Of a DNA stretch of 64,000 nt, positions 1-13,289 are shown piece after piece. Under the pieces are notes generated by a model. That model worked only from the letters and a program-made list of their open reading frames with translations, made no database searches and was not told where the DNA came from. The DNA is from Macrostomum lignano (Eukaryota): positions 279,134 through 343,133 of the forward strand of contig NIVC01001484.1 in the NCBI GenBank assembly GCA_002269645.1, written 5' to 3'. A program made the position numbers and the translations under genes. Numbering within the stretch: the first letter of the stretch is position 1; the number at the start of each line of letters is the position of its first letter.

Positions 1-2
1 AC

Positions 3-86
3 GCCATCGGGAAGCTGGACTACATCAAGGACGACACCATGTACGTGAAGGTGACGGTTGATCTGGAGAATCTACTGCCGCTGTGA
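3..86 (+). CDS. 3' end of a TRAF-family protein (C-terminal MATH/TRAF-C strand); partial, upstream part lies outside the window
   Basis: Frame from nt 3 reads AIGKLDYIKDDTMYVKVTVDLENLLPL*, matching the TRAF C-terminal 'Y(I/V)KDDT(M/I)F(I/V)KVxVD' motif; stop TGA at 84-86. Confidence 0.8.
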   Translation, partial: AIGKLDYIKDDTMYVKVTVDLENLLPL

Positions 87-167
87 TTTGAGGTTTGAAT
101 TCTGAGGACATTGATTTTGAGTAGCCCTGTAGCTAAGACTAGAACTTGTACTCGAAAATATTATTCC

Positions 168-267
168 AAGGACCACTAGAAGTTACCGTTGTATCAGGAT
201 GTTCAAATAATTTTGCAATATTTACGAGTGTTTCGTCCTGATACAACGGTAACTTATAGTTGTCCTT
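168..267. repeat. Near-perfect inverted repeat (about 32-bp stem, 36-nt loop) in the TRAF 3' region
   Basis: 168-199 aaggaccactagaagttaccgttgtatcagga pairs with 236-267 tcctgatacaacggtaacttatagttgtcctt with 2 mismatches. Confidence 0.9.
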
Positions 268-1465
268 ATATTATTCTCGTACAAACTAAGAGGTGTATCT
301 TAAACGGCTTAATAGAAGTGCACTCTCTACCCTGATCCATGAGCACAGCTGCGATGCGTAAAGCCTTACACAGTTACAGCTTTGTGAGGTGTGAGGCCTC
401 ACACTGCGAGGTCGCACGTTTAACCACGTTTGCTGTTCCGTATCGTAGAGAAATGTATCCTCTGACGCGAATCGCATATTTTTCTGCATGTTTTACAACT
501 GTTTTCGATGTACATGGATCGTTACTGCAGTTTACTGCATGTACATGTACATGTAGCTTAATACTGACTCAATTTTTTTTTCTACAGCAAAAACCGGGAC
601 TATACCGGGACCGGGACCGGGAACCGGGACCGGGACTATATATGAGCATCATATATTTTTGTGATCCGCTATTTCTATCGATGTTAGCTTAACAAAAACT
701 GCGAGCCTGGCCATGAACTAAATGTGGAATATTTTTGTTACTCTTAGCTTATCAGAAAAAGCACTCAAATTAATCATTTTTAAGTGTATAATTATTGGAC
801 GATCTGATTTTAAAATATAAAAGTAAATACTCTATAGAGGATCCCAACTTTAACGATCAATTTTCTCATATCAACTAAATGATAAGCACGCTAGTAACAT
901 GTTTGTTATCGTCTTTTAAGATCATGATCATTTACAAGTACGTATATATATATTTCCTTTAATTGCGATCAAATATCTGTAGTAGTGGAGCTACATGTAC
1001 ATGTATACTGAACTACATGCATGTGCTGATCATGCAAACAAAGAATACAGTTACATGTAATTTTTAGCTTAGCGCACTGTTACATCTAAATGTACTTGGC
1101 GAAGATCAGAGTACATGTAGCTCAGCGATAAAGTCTGGCTTGCACTACGAACCCCTTAAGTTAGTTTGAAATTACTTCGACGACCATATCTATTAATTTG
1201 TGGCTTGTTGTGCACAAAACATAGGCCGCGGGTTGCAATGCGATTCATGCAGCCAGCTGCGGGAGGCCGCGGGCCATGCAGCCCCAAAGGCGCAGGGAGT
1301 TGTACATGCCTATAGCTGATTATTAGAATCGATCGAGAATCCTTAACATACATATCTATATATGCACATGTGGGATAAAAAGATGACGACCCTAGAAGAC
1401 ATTGACTTGTTGATTCAACAGATCTTATCTATCTTCTTGGGGCTGCGCAATGCAATGGTTTACCC

Positions 1466-1645
1466 CCGATTCGCCGAATCCTGATTTGCCGATTCCCAGC
1501 TCGCCGAATCCTGATTCGCCGATTCCTGGTTCGCCGAAATTCCCGAGTCGCCTATTCCCGATTTGCCGAAATTCCTGATTTGCCGAAATTCCTTATTTGC
1601 CGAAATTCCTCATTGCCGAATCCCAACTTGCCGATTTCCTGATTC
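1466..1645. repeat. Degenerate 15-17 bp tandem array (ttcgccgaatcctga-like)
   Basis: About 11 units containing tt(c/t)gccga(a/t) visible directly. Confidence 0.85.
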
Positions 1646-3443
1646 GCAAAAATAATATGAAACTCTAAAGTTTATTAAATTAAATTAAAAAAATTGCTAA
1701 AATAACAGGTTGCTGAAATAAAGCTTCCGGCTTTGTTATATTAACAAGAAAATTTAAAGTTTGTGACGTTCTATTTTTTGCAAATAGCTAATGCTTAGCT
1801 AATATAAAAACGCGAGCGTGTGTGCGCGGAATAACCACGGTCACAGAAGAGGAGTCTTGCTGCGGAACCACGGATTCTGTCTGGTGCTAGGGTCGTATAT
1901 ATATTAAGCTATGCAAATAGCAATTGCTAATTTCTAATTAATAATTGAGCTATCTATAACTTTCCTTATTCTTTTTATTGATTATTGTTAATGTATTGAG
2001 CCTTTGTAAATAAATTAAATACAATATTATAACATTACAAAAAGCCATTTTGATTTTATTTTGATACAAATCTTGAGAATGGTTATTAACATTAGGGCCT
2101 AATTGCAATAAAAGAGCAATATAAAAAATAGTAATGGATGGAAATTTGGTTTTGATTTAAATAATATTTCAAATTTTGAACCTTATTTTGTATTAAAATA
2201 ATTTCAATTTCAAAGTTTAACACTATTCATTGAAAATCATTTCTAAATTTGGTTATGTTTTAACAATTAAGCATTCGAGACCATGTTATATAAAAGAATC
2301 TATAGAAAGTGAAAAGAAGTGCAATTCACTGAAAGTAAAGAGGCAAGAATCACCTTTTTATATGGGCATATATACAAGAACCATTGTGCACACAAATTTT
2401 TCTAGGCCTTGTGGTATACCCACCTCAACCTCTATAAAAGAAAGCACACTGGCTAAACTTATTAGCATAGATTTGAATTGGCTAAAGACTAAAAATCTTA
2501 ATGAAATTGATATTTAAAGTCTCTTATAACATGAATTATAAAAGTCGTTCTATTCTAAGTACAATATATAATATTAGCTTTTTCTATTTCATAGTTTTTA
2601 AGTAAGTAATTCCATGTATTTTGGTACAAAAACCAAGATATTTTATAAAAAAACATGTCAGCTTATACATGTAAATGCAAGTTGTTAAACTTTTATTGTA
2701 AAATTTGCAAAAATTTGAAACTGTTTAACCCAAAAAGATTTTGATTCTGATTTAAATTTTTATTTTAATCTTAAATTCAGTTTTAATACAAAAAAAGTAA
2801 TTTCATTCTTTCACTATAAAAAGTTGGCCAATTGTAGATAAGTAGAATTAGAAAGCATGTTAAAAGTATAGAAGATCAAGACAAACAACATATTTTATTA
2901 TAGGATCTTAATTTAATAAGTTAGATAATAAACAAAGCCTTAATTGACTGTGATTTGATAGACATTAATTAAACTAATAGATTGCAGCTTGAAATAAAAT
3001 ATTGATTATATTATAAGACTAGTTTAATATAGTGAGTAGGTTTTGTCTTTGATAGATTTTGGTTTTATATGGAGAATGCTAATAGATTTTTTTATTACAG
3101 AGCTACTATTTCTATGAAATATCATAATATATATGATAAATGATTTTTATGTTTCTATTTGAAAAAACTATATATAGATATTGATATTAATATGGAAACA
3201 TGTTAAAGCTAAATTTTAATATTGGCATTTGTATGATATATGTATATTTTGAAATCATTTATAAAATATTTAATTTAAGAATATCTTTACCATGGATTCT
3301 GTTCCTTGCAGATGTCTGTCTTGGAATTATATAATATATTTTCAAAATTTTGTCAACAGTTACAACAAATTTCAGAGACCTTAAATTAATGTGCTATTGA
3401 TTTTGCATTAAAGATCAATATATAAACCTTTTCTGTCTGTAAG

Positions 3444-6400
3444 ATGTCAAGCCAGCTTGATAAAAGTTCAGTTGCATTGGTTGCCAAGTGCAAACCTGGA
3501 TTATGGAGCAGGTAAATAAATTATAAATTATTTTTTTCAAATTAGTTTTAATTGTCGTGTATTGCTCTTAGGTTAGAAGTAAGATGTCCTTTGATTCTCA
3601 GACTGGGCTATCATCATCCTCTTAAATCCTCAGCTGCTTTGCAAACCTCCCATATCCTCAGTTGCTATGCCAGCCTCCCAGATCCTCAGTTGCTGTGCCA
3701 GCCTCCCAAATCCTCAGTTGCTGGGCCAGCCTCCCAGAGTGTCAGTTGCTGGGCCAGCCTCCCAGATCCTCAGTTGCTGGGCCAGCCTCCCAGATTATCA
3801 GTTGCTGGGCCAGCCTCCCAGATCCTCAGTTGCTGGGCCAGCCTCCCAGAGTGTCAGTTGCTGGGCCAGCCTCCCAAATCCTCAGTTGCTGGGCCAGCCT
3901 CCCAGAGTGTCAGTTGCTGGGCCAGCCTCCCAGATCCTCAGTTGCTGGGCCAGCCTCCCAGATCCCCAGTTGCTGGGCCAGCCTCCCAGAGTGTCAGTTG
4001 CTGGGCCAGCCTCCCAGATCCTCAGTTGCTGGGCCAGCCTCCCAGATCCTCAGTTGCTGGGCCAGCCTCCCAGATCCTCAGTTGCTTGGCCAGCCTCCCA
4101 GATCATCAGTTGCTGGGCCAGCCTCCCAGATCCTCAGTTGCTGAGCCAACCTCCCAGATCTTCAGTTGCTGGGCCAGCCTCCCAGATCCTCAGTTGCTGA
4201 GCCAACCTCCCAGATCCTCAGTTGCTGGCCCAGCCTCCCAGATCCTCAGTTGCTGGGCCAGCCTCCCAGATCCTCAGTTGCTGGGCCAGCCTCCCAGAGT
4301 GTCAGTTGCTGGGCCAGCCTCCCAAATCCTCAGTTGCTGGGCCAGCCTCCCAGAGTGTCAGTTGCTGGGCCAGCCTCCCAGATCCTCAGTTGCTGGGCCA
4401 GCCTCCCAGATCCCCAGTTGCTGGGCCAGCCTCCCAGAGTGTCAGTTGCTGGGCCAGCCTCCCAGATCCTCAGTTGCTGGGCCAGCCTCCCAGATCCTCA
4501 GTTGCTGGGCCAGCCTCCCAGATCCTCAGTTGCTTGGCCAGCCTCCCAGATCATCAGTTGCTGGGCCAGCCTCCCAGATCCTCAGTTGCTGAGCCAACCT
4601 CCCAGATCTTCAGTTGCTGGGCCAGCCTCCCAGATCCTCAGTTGCTGAGCCAACCTCCCAGATCCTCAGTTGCTGGCCCAGCCTCCCAGATCCTCAGTTG
4701 CTGGGCCAGCCTCCCAGATCCTCAGTTGCTGGGCCATCGCCGATCTTCAAGTTTAGTTACTTATTTTTTCACATGTATTTTATAATTTTTACGAGGAAAC
4801 GGCAGGAGCAAGAGTAACTATACCTTAGTGTTGAGTGAAAAAATGCTTCGTCATCTGATTAGTAGTGCTTCCATAATTCCATACTTATTTTCACCCTCAG
4901 ACAGGAACGCAAGCAGTGGATGGGGTCCCTGCTGATTGGGTCGGCCTGCCTGTACCTGAGTCGCACCATCATGCCGCTGTGCAACGTGCCAATTAGCACC
5001 GAGCTCAACTGGAGCAAAAGTACATCCGGTATGGTTCTTGGTGCATTCTTCTGGGGCTACACCTGTACTCAGTTTCTAGGCGGCTATTTAGCTGATCGAG
5101 TCGGCGGCGAGTTCGTTGTTACCATGGCAGCATTTGGCTGGGCCGCTGTCACCATGGTACATCCACTGTTGCCATGGCTATCGGATGATCCAAGCGTTCT
5201 ACTGTCGGCTTTCCTATTGTGCCGCGTGCTCACTGGCGCCTGCCAGGGCTTTCACTATCCCGGCATGAGCAGCCTCATGGCTCATCGGGTGCAGCTCAAA
5301 GAGCGAGCCTACACCTGGAGCGTCGGCAGCTGTGGAGCGCATGTTGGGTGAGCTGCGTAAATATCAAGATATGTCACTTGTAATTAAAATTTTGAAAAAA
5401 GCAGAGCGTCTACTCTTTTTTCCAGTAGTTTGTCTGCGCAGTGTAACTAAAATTTACATCTGAAATTTTCTTTCCATTCTCCGGGTTTGCGGCCTCAGGA
5501 GTATACTCGTATTGGGGTTAAGAATGAACTACAAGCATTCAACTCGATGTGTTAAAAACTTTAACATGGTGTATGAGTATATCAGTCATTGTAGTGACAC
5601 CTCAGTCATTAGAGTCATTAAAGTGACACCTTAGTCATTAGAGTAGTGAAACCTCAGTCATTAGAGTAGTGACACCTCAGTCATTAGAGTAGTGACATCT
5701 CAGTCATTAGACTGACACCTTAGTCATTAGACTGACACATTAGTCATTAGAGTGACACCTCAGTCATTAGAGTGACACCTCAGTCATTAAAGTGACACCT
5801 CAGTCATTAGAGTGACACCTCAGTCGTTAGAGTAAAAGACTGACCCTTAGTCTTTAGAGTAGTGACACCTCAGTCATTAGAGTAGTGACACCTCAGTCAT
5901 TAGAGTAGTGACACCTCAGTCATTAGAGTAGTGACACCTCAGTCATTAGAGTAGTGACACCTCAGTCATTAGAGTAGTGACACCTCAGTCATTAGAGTAG
6001 TGACACCTCAGTCAGTAGAGTAGTGACACCTCAGTCATTAGAGTAGTGACACCTCAGTCATTAGAGTAGTGATATCTCAGTCATTAGAGTGACAACTCAG
6101 TCATTAGAGTGACACCTCAGTCATTAGAGTGACACCTCAGTCATTAAAGTGACACCTCAGTCATTAGAGTAAAAGACTGACCCCTTAGTCTTTAGAGTAG
6201 TGAAACCTCAGTCATTAGAGTAGTGACACCTCAGTCATTAGAGTAGTGACACCTCAGTCATTAGAGTAGTGACACCTCAGTCATTAGAGTAGTGACACCT
6301 CAGTCATTAGAGTAGTGGCACCTCAGTCAGTAGAGTAGTGACACCTCAGTCATTAGAGTAGTGACACCTCAGTCATTAGAGTAGTGATATCTCAGTCATT

Positions 6401-8396
6401 AGAGTAGTGACACCTCAGTCAGTAGAGTAGTGACACCTCAGTCATTAGAGTAGTGATATCTCAGTCATTAGAGTGACACCTCAGTCATTAGAGTAAAAGA
6501 CTGACCCCTAAGTCATTAGAGTAGTGACACCTCAGTCATTAGAGTAGTGACACCTCAGTCAGTAGAGTAGTGACACCTCAGTCATTAGAGTAGTGATATC
6601 TCAGTCATTAGAGTGACACCTCAGTCATTAGAGTAAAAGACTGACCCCTTAGTCTTTAGAGTAGTGACACCTCAGTCATTAGAGTAGTGACACCTCAGTC
6701 ATTAGAGTAGTGACACCTCAGTCATTAGAGTAGTGACACCTCAGTCATTAGAGTAGTGACACCTCAGTCATTAGAGTAGTGACACCTCAGTCATTAGAGT
6801 AGTGACACCTCAGTCATTAGAGTAGTGACACCTCAGTCATTAGAGTAGTGACACCTCAGTCATTAGAGTAGTGATATCTCAGTCATTAGACTGACCCCTT
6901 AGTCATTAGAGTGACACTTTAGTCATTAGAGTAACACCTCAGTCATTAGAGTGTCACCTCAGTAATTAGCATCAACCCTGCACCTGCCGCACTGCTCAGC
7001 ACGCTACTCTGCGGCAGCGTTGGCTCTCTCATAGTCGGCAGCTACGGATGGCGCGCCGCCTTCATAGTGATTGGTCTGTGCGGCCTCACCTGGGCGTTTG
7101 TTGTCAGATCTACTCTGCTCCGGCGTCGGCAGAGGGTGATCGACTACGCCGTCACCGCCGATCAGCCTGTCGGATCTTCGACCTCGGGCGGTCAGCAGGC
7201 TGCTGTCGCCTCCCCAATTGATCAGCACCAGCTGCTTCTAGAAGACACTATGCAGCAGAAAGAGAGAGAAGCTGACAAGTTAGCTAGAAAGTTGAGCACC
7301 GAGTCGAAAGCAGTTGCCGCTGCCGCCGCTGGCGAGCGCGAAGGTGTGCCCTGGGGCGCCGTGGTCAGGTCGCCAGCGTTCTGGTGAGTAAACTGAAAGC
7401 ATTTGTCAGTGTCAATCGAGGAGTTTCATGCCCTCAAAAGCAGTTTCATGACCTTCCAAGCAGTTCCATGACCTTCCAAGCAGTTTCATAACCCCAAAAG
7501 CAGTTTCATAACCCCACAAGCAGTTTCATAACCCCACAAGCAGTTTCATAACCCCACAAGCAGTTTCATAACCCCACAAGTAGTTTCATAACCCCACAAG
7601 CAGTTTCATAACCCCACAAGCAGTTTCATAACCTCACAAGTAAATTCAAGACCTCAAAAGCAGTTTAATGACCTCACAAGTGGTTTAATGACCTCACAAG
7701 TGGTTTCATGACCTCACAAGCAATTTTATGACCTCAGCAAGTTGTTTTTAAAGAATCTTAACAAATTTTTGCCTAATGTAAAACTTAATTGAATGCTCAC
7801 AAAATGCCACCCCACCCCCGCATCGCAGGGCTATGATCGTTGGTCACTTCGCCCACGCCAATTCGTTCTTTATCCTGCTCAGCTGGATTCCCACCTATTT
7901 TCACGACAACTTCCCCGACGCCCGAGCCTGGGTATTCAACGTCGTACCCTGGATGGTGACCATTCCCGCGTCGCTGGGGTCCGGACTGCTGGCGGATTGG
8001 TTGCTAAGGAAACGATTGAGCGTCACCACTGTTCGCAAGCTGCTGGAAGGCACCAGCCTGTTGCTAACCGCCCTGTTCCTCTACCTGCTGTGCCACACCC
8101 ACTCCTACGCCCAGTCTCTGGCCTGCATGGCGTTGGCAATTTGCGCCTGCGGCTTTCACAATTCCGGAATTCTGGTGAATCCGCACGACCTCCTGCCGGC
8201 GCACGGCGGCGCCCTGTTCGGCGTTATGAACATCTTCGGCGCCGTGCCAGGCTTTGTAGGCGTCTACATGGTCGGGCACATCCTGGAGACCACTAAGAGC
8301 TGGCCGGCTGTGTTTCTCAACACGGCCGCAATCTGCGTTGTTGGCGCCGTTGTTTATCTGGCGTTCGGCTCGGGCAAACGGATTCGGTTGCGGTAG
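3444..8396 (+). CDS. SLC17A9: Vesicular nucleotide transporter SLC17A9/VNUT (MFS anion:cation symporter), about 488 aa, 4 exons
   Basis: join(3444..3511,4901..5347,7000..7383,7829..8396) = 1467 nt, GT-AG introns, phases consistent. WSRQERKQWMGSLLIG, FFWGYTCTQFLGGYLADRVGGE, LLSWIPTYFHDNFP and FHNSGILVNPHDL match SLC17A9 motifs recalled from the human protein. Confidence 0.93.
3640..4735. repeat. 28-bp minisatellite (ctgggccagcctcccagatcctcagttg), SLC17A9 intron 1
   Basis: About 39 near-identical units with an internal 448-bp higher-order duplication. Confidence 0.97.
5590..6965. repeat. 20/23-bp minisatellite (agtagtgacacctcagtcattag), SLC17A9 intron 2
   Basis: Dozens of units, ending about 35 nt before the exon 3 acceptor. 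Confidence 0.97.
7430..7740. repeat. 20-bp minisatellite (aagcagtttcataaccccac), SLC17A9 intron 3
   Basis: About 15 units with degenerate edges. Confidence 0.95.
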
Positions 8397-9859
8397 CGAA
8401 GCTTGGACTCCGCGCGCGTGTATTTTCTCTTTCATGTTTTAGTATTATGGACTAGCAGTTTTGGCCCCCCACTGGGGCCTGACCCGGCTTTGTGGATGGA
8501 AGCAAGTAGGACGGGAAACTCCGATAGTTTTTTATTATGCTCGTCTTTCGTTAGTTTGCCTTCGTCAGTTAGTCATAGCCACACGCTGTCCTCCCCCACC
8601 ACCCTTACCGACCGTTTCTTTTATGGCGACATTTTTAAAGCTTATGTGAAATTTTACGATTCAAATCTTTATTCGTCTACTTTCTTCAGTAGTCTAAAAT
8701 GAAATTCTCACAATTTTTTACAGCTGTCCTAAGACAGAATTTCCTAAAGACAAAAAGCCTTTACTCATTTAACGTTCTAATTTATCAGTAGATAAAGACA
8801 CGGCAAATGGAGGAACCTTTGTTGTCAATTCAAGAATTTTATTGGCTTCGGACATTGTGCACGAAGTCTACAAAATTTATTTGAGCAATTGAGGATTTTG
8901 GGTTCCCCAGCCCTCTAGTATTTTCTAAGAAACTATGTTTCCCGTCCTACTCAGAAGATGCATGATCTTGTATAAAGGGATTTCTAACTGTAATCCAAAT
9001 AGATTAATTATAATATTTAAGCCAGCCCAGTTTTTATGTTTGCACTTATTTTATTCGCTATTTAGCTGATAGATTGCTAAATGATTCATTTCACTCCGGG
9101 TAGATAATGTAATCGTGTTTTATCATCTCTTATCTCTCTCCGTTCGGTACTTTCTTTGATTTACGGTGATTGGAACTGTCTATTTTGAAGTGCAATGCAG
9201 TCTACCCTGTGGTTTATTCCACAATAAATAATGCTTTGTAATTCTATGCTGCAAAGCGAACGACAGAAAGAATTGCTTAATTTCAAATGTCGAATATTTT
9301 CGTGATTTTGTTATTATTGTTCCTCACCAGTTTTGAATGCTGAATTTTTCTTAAAATTTATTTATGTGAGTTCAACCCGAATCAGGAAATATTCTGAATC
9401 TGAATCCAGCGCCATTCAGACTAAAATATAAATGTTACTCATACCATCCGAGCTACTGACAGTAGCCACACGAGATCAAGTTCTTAACTAAAGCAGTTAA
9501 GGCATTAAACTTAAAAGTTTTAAAACTCTTTGCTGTTTCAAGCAATGTCAAAGATACAGGCATTTCATGTTTGTTAAATTTGTTTTAACTGCTCAATACT
9601 CATTCAGTGGTGAATATTAATTTCAGTATATTTTGTTTACTAGCATCGGCATGAGCTCACAATGAAATAACACGCACGGAAATAGGTAAACGGTACCAAA
9701 ATAGTAAAAGCACAATCGGATACTTGCAATAACAAAACTCGATGGTATTCAGAACTTGAGATGTTTGACTGAATTGTTTACGCCCAAGTAAGCGAGAGTT
9801 TTAGACAACCTTCTCAAACTGCCCTGGACTGTTCTTAATCCACGTCCGAGATACTCTTA

Positions 9860-10400
9860 CTCTTTTCAACTGGCCGAACCAGCCTTACAACCCTTAAACC
9901 GAAATACCTTTTAACTGTCCGAAACACCTTTTAACTGTCCGAGACAACCCTTAAACTGTCAGAGACAGCCCTTTAACTGTCCGAAACACCTTTAAACTGC
10001 CTGAAACACCCTTAAACTGTCAGAGACAACCCTTTAACTGTCCGAAACACCTTTTAACTGCCCGAAACACCCTAAACTGTCAGAGACAACCCTTTAACTG
10101 TCCAAAACACCTTCAAACTGTCCGAAACACCTTTTAACTGCCCGAAACACCCTTAAACTGTCAGAGACAACCCTTAAACTGTCAGAGACAACCCTTTAAC
10201 TGTCCGAGACAACCCTTTAACTGTCCAAAACACTTTTAAACTGTCAGAGACAACCCTTTAACTGTCCGAGAAAACCCTTTAAACTGTCCGAAACACATTT
10301 AAACTGCCCGAAACACCTTTAAACTGTCAGAGACAAGCCTCAAAGCTGTTGGAAACACCCTTAAACTGTCCGAGATCTGAGACACAAACTGCCTGAACCA
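9860..10400. repeat. About 20-bp minisatellite (ttaaactgtccgaaacacc / cagagacaaccc variants) just downstream of the DAP3 stop
   Basis: About 25 units visible. Confidence 0.93.
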
Positions 10401-10458
10401 ACTCGTTCAAATGTCCGAGATCCCCAACCAGTCCCAGAACCCTTTAGCCGTCAGCAGG

Positions 10459-13173
10459 TCACCACTCGCCAGCAATGCGCAAAAGTTCGCCAGCATTGCC
10501 ATCGGACAGGAATGCCAGTTCAGCCCGCCCAGCATCCGTGGCAGCTGCTTCGCTGGTTAGCCAGCCGGACTCCGTGTACCAGTTGAGCATATTGCTCATC
10601 TCGGCCGGTCCGTACGGCTCCACGTACACGGGCACGAATGGGTCCAGATAGGCGAAGCCTTCATCTCCCAGCAGCTTGCGCGGCATCCATTCGCGCAGTC
10701 TGTCAAACAGGGCGCCCTGCGGCGACACGGACATCACGGCGGCTCCGTTGTTCCAGTCCGAGTCCAGCAGCTGCTTGAATGCGTCCAGCAGGGTGAGCTG
10801 CTTGGCTGTGATGTCCGCCCGCCATGGCGGCTCCTCGCCTTGTCTGCAGGTGCGGGACGGTGGGAAATACATGCAGTTGCTACCTTTACCGCTCACGGCT
10901 CACCCGTAATACCCTCTCTGTTCACCCATAATACCCTCCGCTCACCCATTAATACCCTCTCCACTCACCCATAATACCCTCTCCATCTCCACTCAGCCAT
11001 AATACCCTCTCCATCTACACTCACCCATATTACCCTCTCCGCTCACACCCTCTATTCACCCATAATACCCCTGCTCACCCATAATACCCTCTTCACTCAC
11101 CCATAATCCCCTCCGCTCATCTATAACCTTCTCCGCTCACCCATAATCCTCTCTGCTCATCCATAATACCCTCCGCTCATCCATAATCCCCTCCGCTCAC
11201 CCATAATCCCCTCCGCTCATCCATAATTCCCTCCACTCACCCATAATCCCCTCCGCTCATCCATAATTCCCTCCGCTCACCCATAATCCCCTCCGCTCAT
11301 CCATAATTCCCTCCGCTCACCCATAATCCCCTCCGCTCATCCATAATCCCCTCCGCTCACCCATAATCCCCTCCGCTCATCTATAATCCCCTCCGCTCAT
11401 ACATAATCCCCTCCGCTCATACATAATCCTCTCCGCTCACCCATAATACCCTCCGCTTATCCATAATACCCTCCGCTCACCCATAATCTACTCTGCTCAC
11501 CCACAAGACAGGGACTGCCAGGGCAGCTGTACACTCTACATGAGCGTGTGCATGCCTGCTCAGGGGTCAGGTTGACAACGCCCTCCAGAGAGCTAACTAA
11601 CAGAATCTAGTTCAACCCAGGCAAACTTATAAGCAGCTCAACTCACAGCGGAGTCCGTCGAATAGCGTCATTCTTAATACCGGACCGGTGCCACCAGAGG
11701 CAGTTGGCCACCTCGAAGCACACCAGAGTAGGCATAGGCAAGCTGCCCAGCTTGATCTCGTCAATCAGAAACTGCACAGCCGCGCAGCTGTACCTTGGCC
11801 TGGCCAGAGCGTAGTCGATAACCTCCTTCCAGCTGGAGCCGGCAGGCGTGGACTCCTTAGCGTTCCAGCTCAGCTCTTTGGTGACTCGAAGGCCGGGCAA
11901 TATTTCCTGATTCATTGCGTAGAAATGACGCAACCAAATGCAGCCGTAGCCAGCCGTGTCGAACATGCCAGGCCTGTGGGCGCTCTCGTGCAGTTCGCGA
12001 CTGTGGCGCATCCACAGGTGCGCATTGTGCACGGTGACTAGCAGCCAGCCCCGCCTGCGGCAAGCAGAGGCCACGTGACCCATCTTGAGTAGGGGGCAAT
12101 TTTTTGAAAGCGGTGTTTAGTTTCCATGGTGATATTACTGAAGCGTCACACGTGCACTTTTGAGTGAGGGTTTCAGAGGACATTTTGTACTTTTATGTGG
12201 GACTTGAAAATCTGAATCGTCGTCCAAGGAATTGATTATGAACAGCGATTGAAATGACAATTAACTATCAAGGACTACCATTAGAGACTCATAGGAGATT
12301 GGCAAGGACAACCATGAGGGACTCGTATGTGATTGTCAAGGACTACCATGAGATCCTCATTGGAGATTGTCAAGGACAGGACTACCATGAGATACTCATT
12401 GGAGATTGTCAAGGACTACCATGAGATCCTCATTGGAGATTGCCAAGGACTACCATGAGATCCTCATTGGAGATTGCCAAGGACTACCATGAGATCCTCA
12501 TTGGAGATTGCCAAGGACTACCATGAGATCCTCATTGGAGATTGCCAAGGACTACCATGAGATCCTCATTGGAGATTGCCAAGGACTACCATGAGATCCT
12601 CATTGGAGATTGTCAAGGACTACCATGAGGGACTCGTATGTGATTGTCAAGGACTACCATGAGGGACTCGTATGTGATTGTCAAGGACTACCATGAGATC
12701 CTCATTGGAGATTGTCAAGGACAATTTAAGATAGCCAATGCGCTGAGTTTCCAGCTGCCCACCTGCAACGACTTGCCGCTGCCCCGTCGGCCGTAGAGCA
12801 CAAACCGAAGGCAGGGCCGCCCGTCGCCAGCGTGTTCGGCCAGCCGCTCGCCAATCTCCAACGCCGGGCGTCGAACCATCAGCGCTCGCTGGCCGAGCGT
12901 GTCGAACAGGCGCACCAGCTCGGGCCGGCAGAAATGCCTGGTGACGGCCTGCCAGTCGGCCTCCTCCGGTCTGTACAGCAGGCCAACGTGTCGATCTAGC
13001 GAGTGCCGGTCAGGCGCAGATTCGTCTGTCAGTAGCGCGGCGCTGGCGCCTCCGCGCCGATTGACGCACGCGCCAAAAGGCGAAAGCTGGCGCCGCCGAA
13101 GCAGCCAGTTAGCAATGGAGCGGGACAGCAGCAGAAAGGGGAAATGGGATTGATCATGTGATTCTGAACCGGT
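10459..13173 (-). CDS. DAP3: Mitochondrial ribosomal protein S29 / DAP3 (P-loop), 3 exons; start codon not present in the first exon
   Basis: complement(join(10459..10843,11647..12083,12763..13173)). RFVLYGRRGSGKS (P-loop), WLLVTVHNAHLW, ANCLW, LLGDEGFAYLDPFVPVYV and ELAFLSDGN match DAP3. The first exon is open from its acceptor (ttttccccag|ACC GGT...) with no in-frame ATG. Confidence 0.9.
10900..11500. repeat. 20-bp minisatellite (ctccgctcacccataatccc), DAP3 intron 2
   Basis: About 28 units. Confidence 0.96.
12280..12722. repeat. 34-bp minisatellite (caaggactaccatgagatcctcattggagattgc), DAP3 intron 1
   Basis: About 12 units. Confidence 0.96.
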
Positions 13174-13289
13174 CTGGGGAAAATAGACTCGTCTTATTAG
13201 TACATTGCTTGTCCACCAATTAGACTCGGGCGATGCTGATCTACCAAGATTAGACCTTAAGGGGATGCAGACCTACCTGATTTAATCCC

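Noticed and set aside
389-1120. 16-bp palindrome gtgtgaggcctcacac, ccggga repeats and a TACATGTA cluster
   Set aside because: Short, no associated structure, and compatible with common low-complexity motifs.
3552-4785. Long ORFs (up to 346 aa) in SLC17A9 intron 1
   Set aside because: They are translations of the 28-bp minisatellite, open in all three frames, and lie inside a homology-supported intron.
8396-10459. Overlapping 3' UTRs of convergent SLC17A9 and DAP3
   Set aside because: The nearest AATAAA signals (plus about 9224, minus about 9357) would end the transcripts without overlap; cannot be supported without RNA data.
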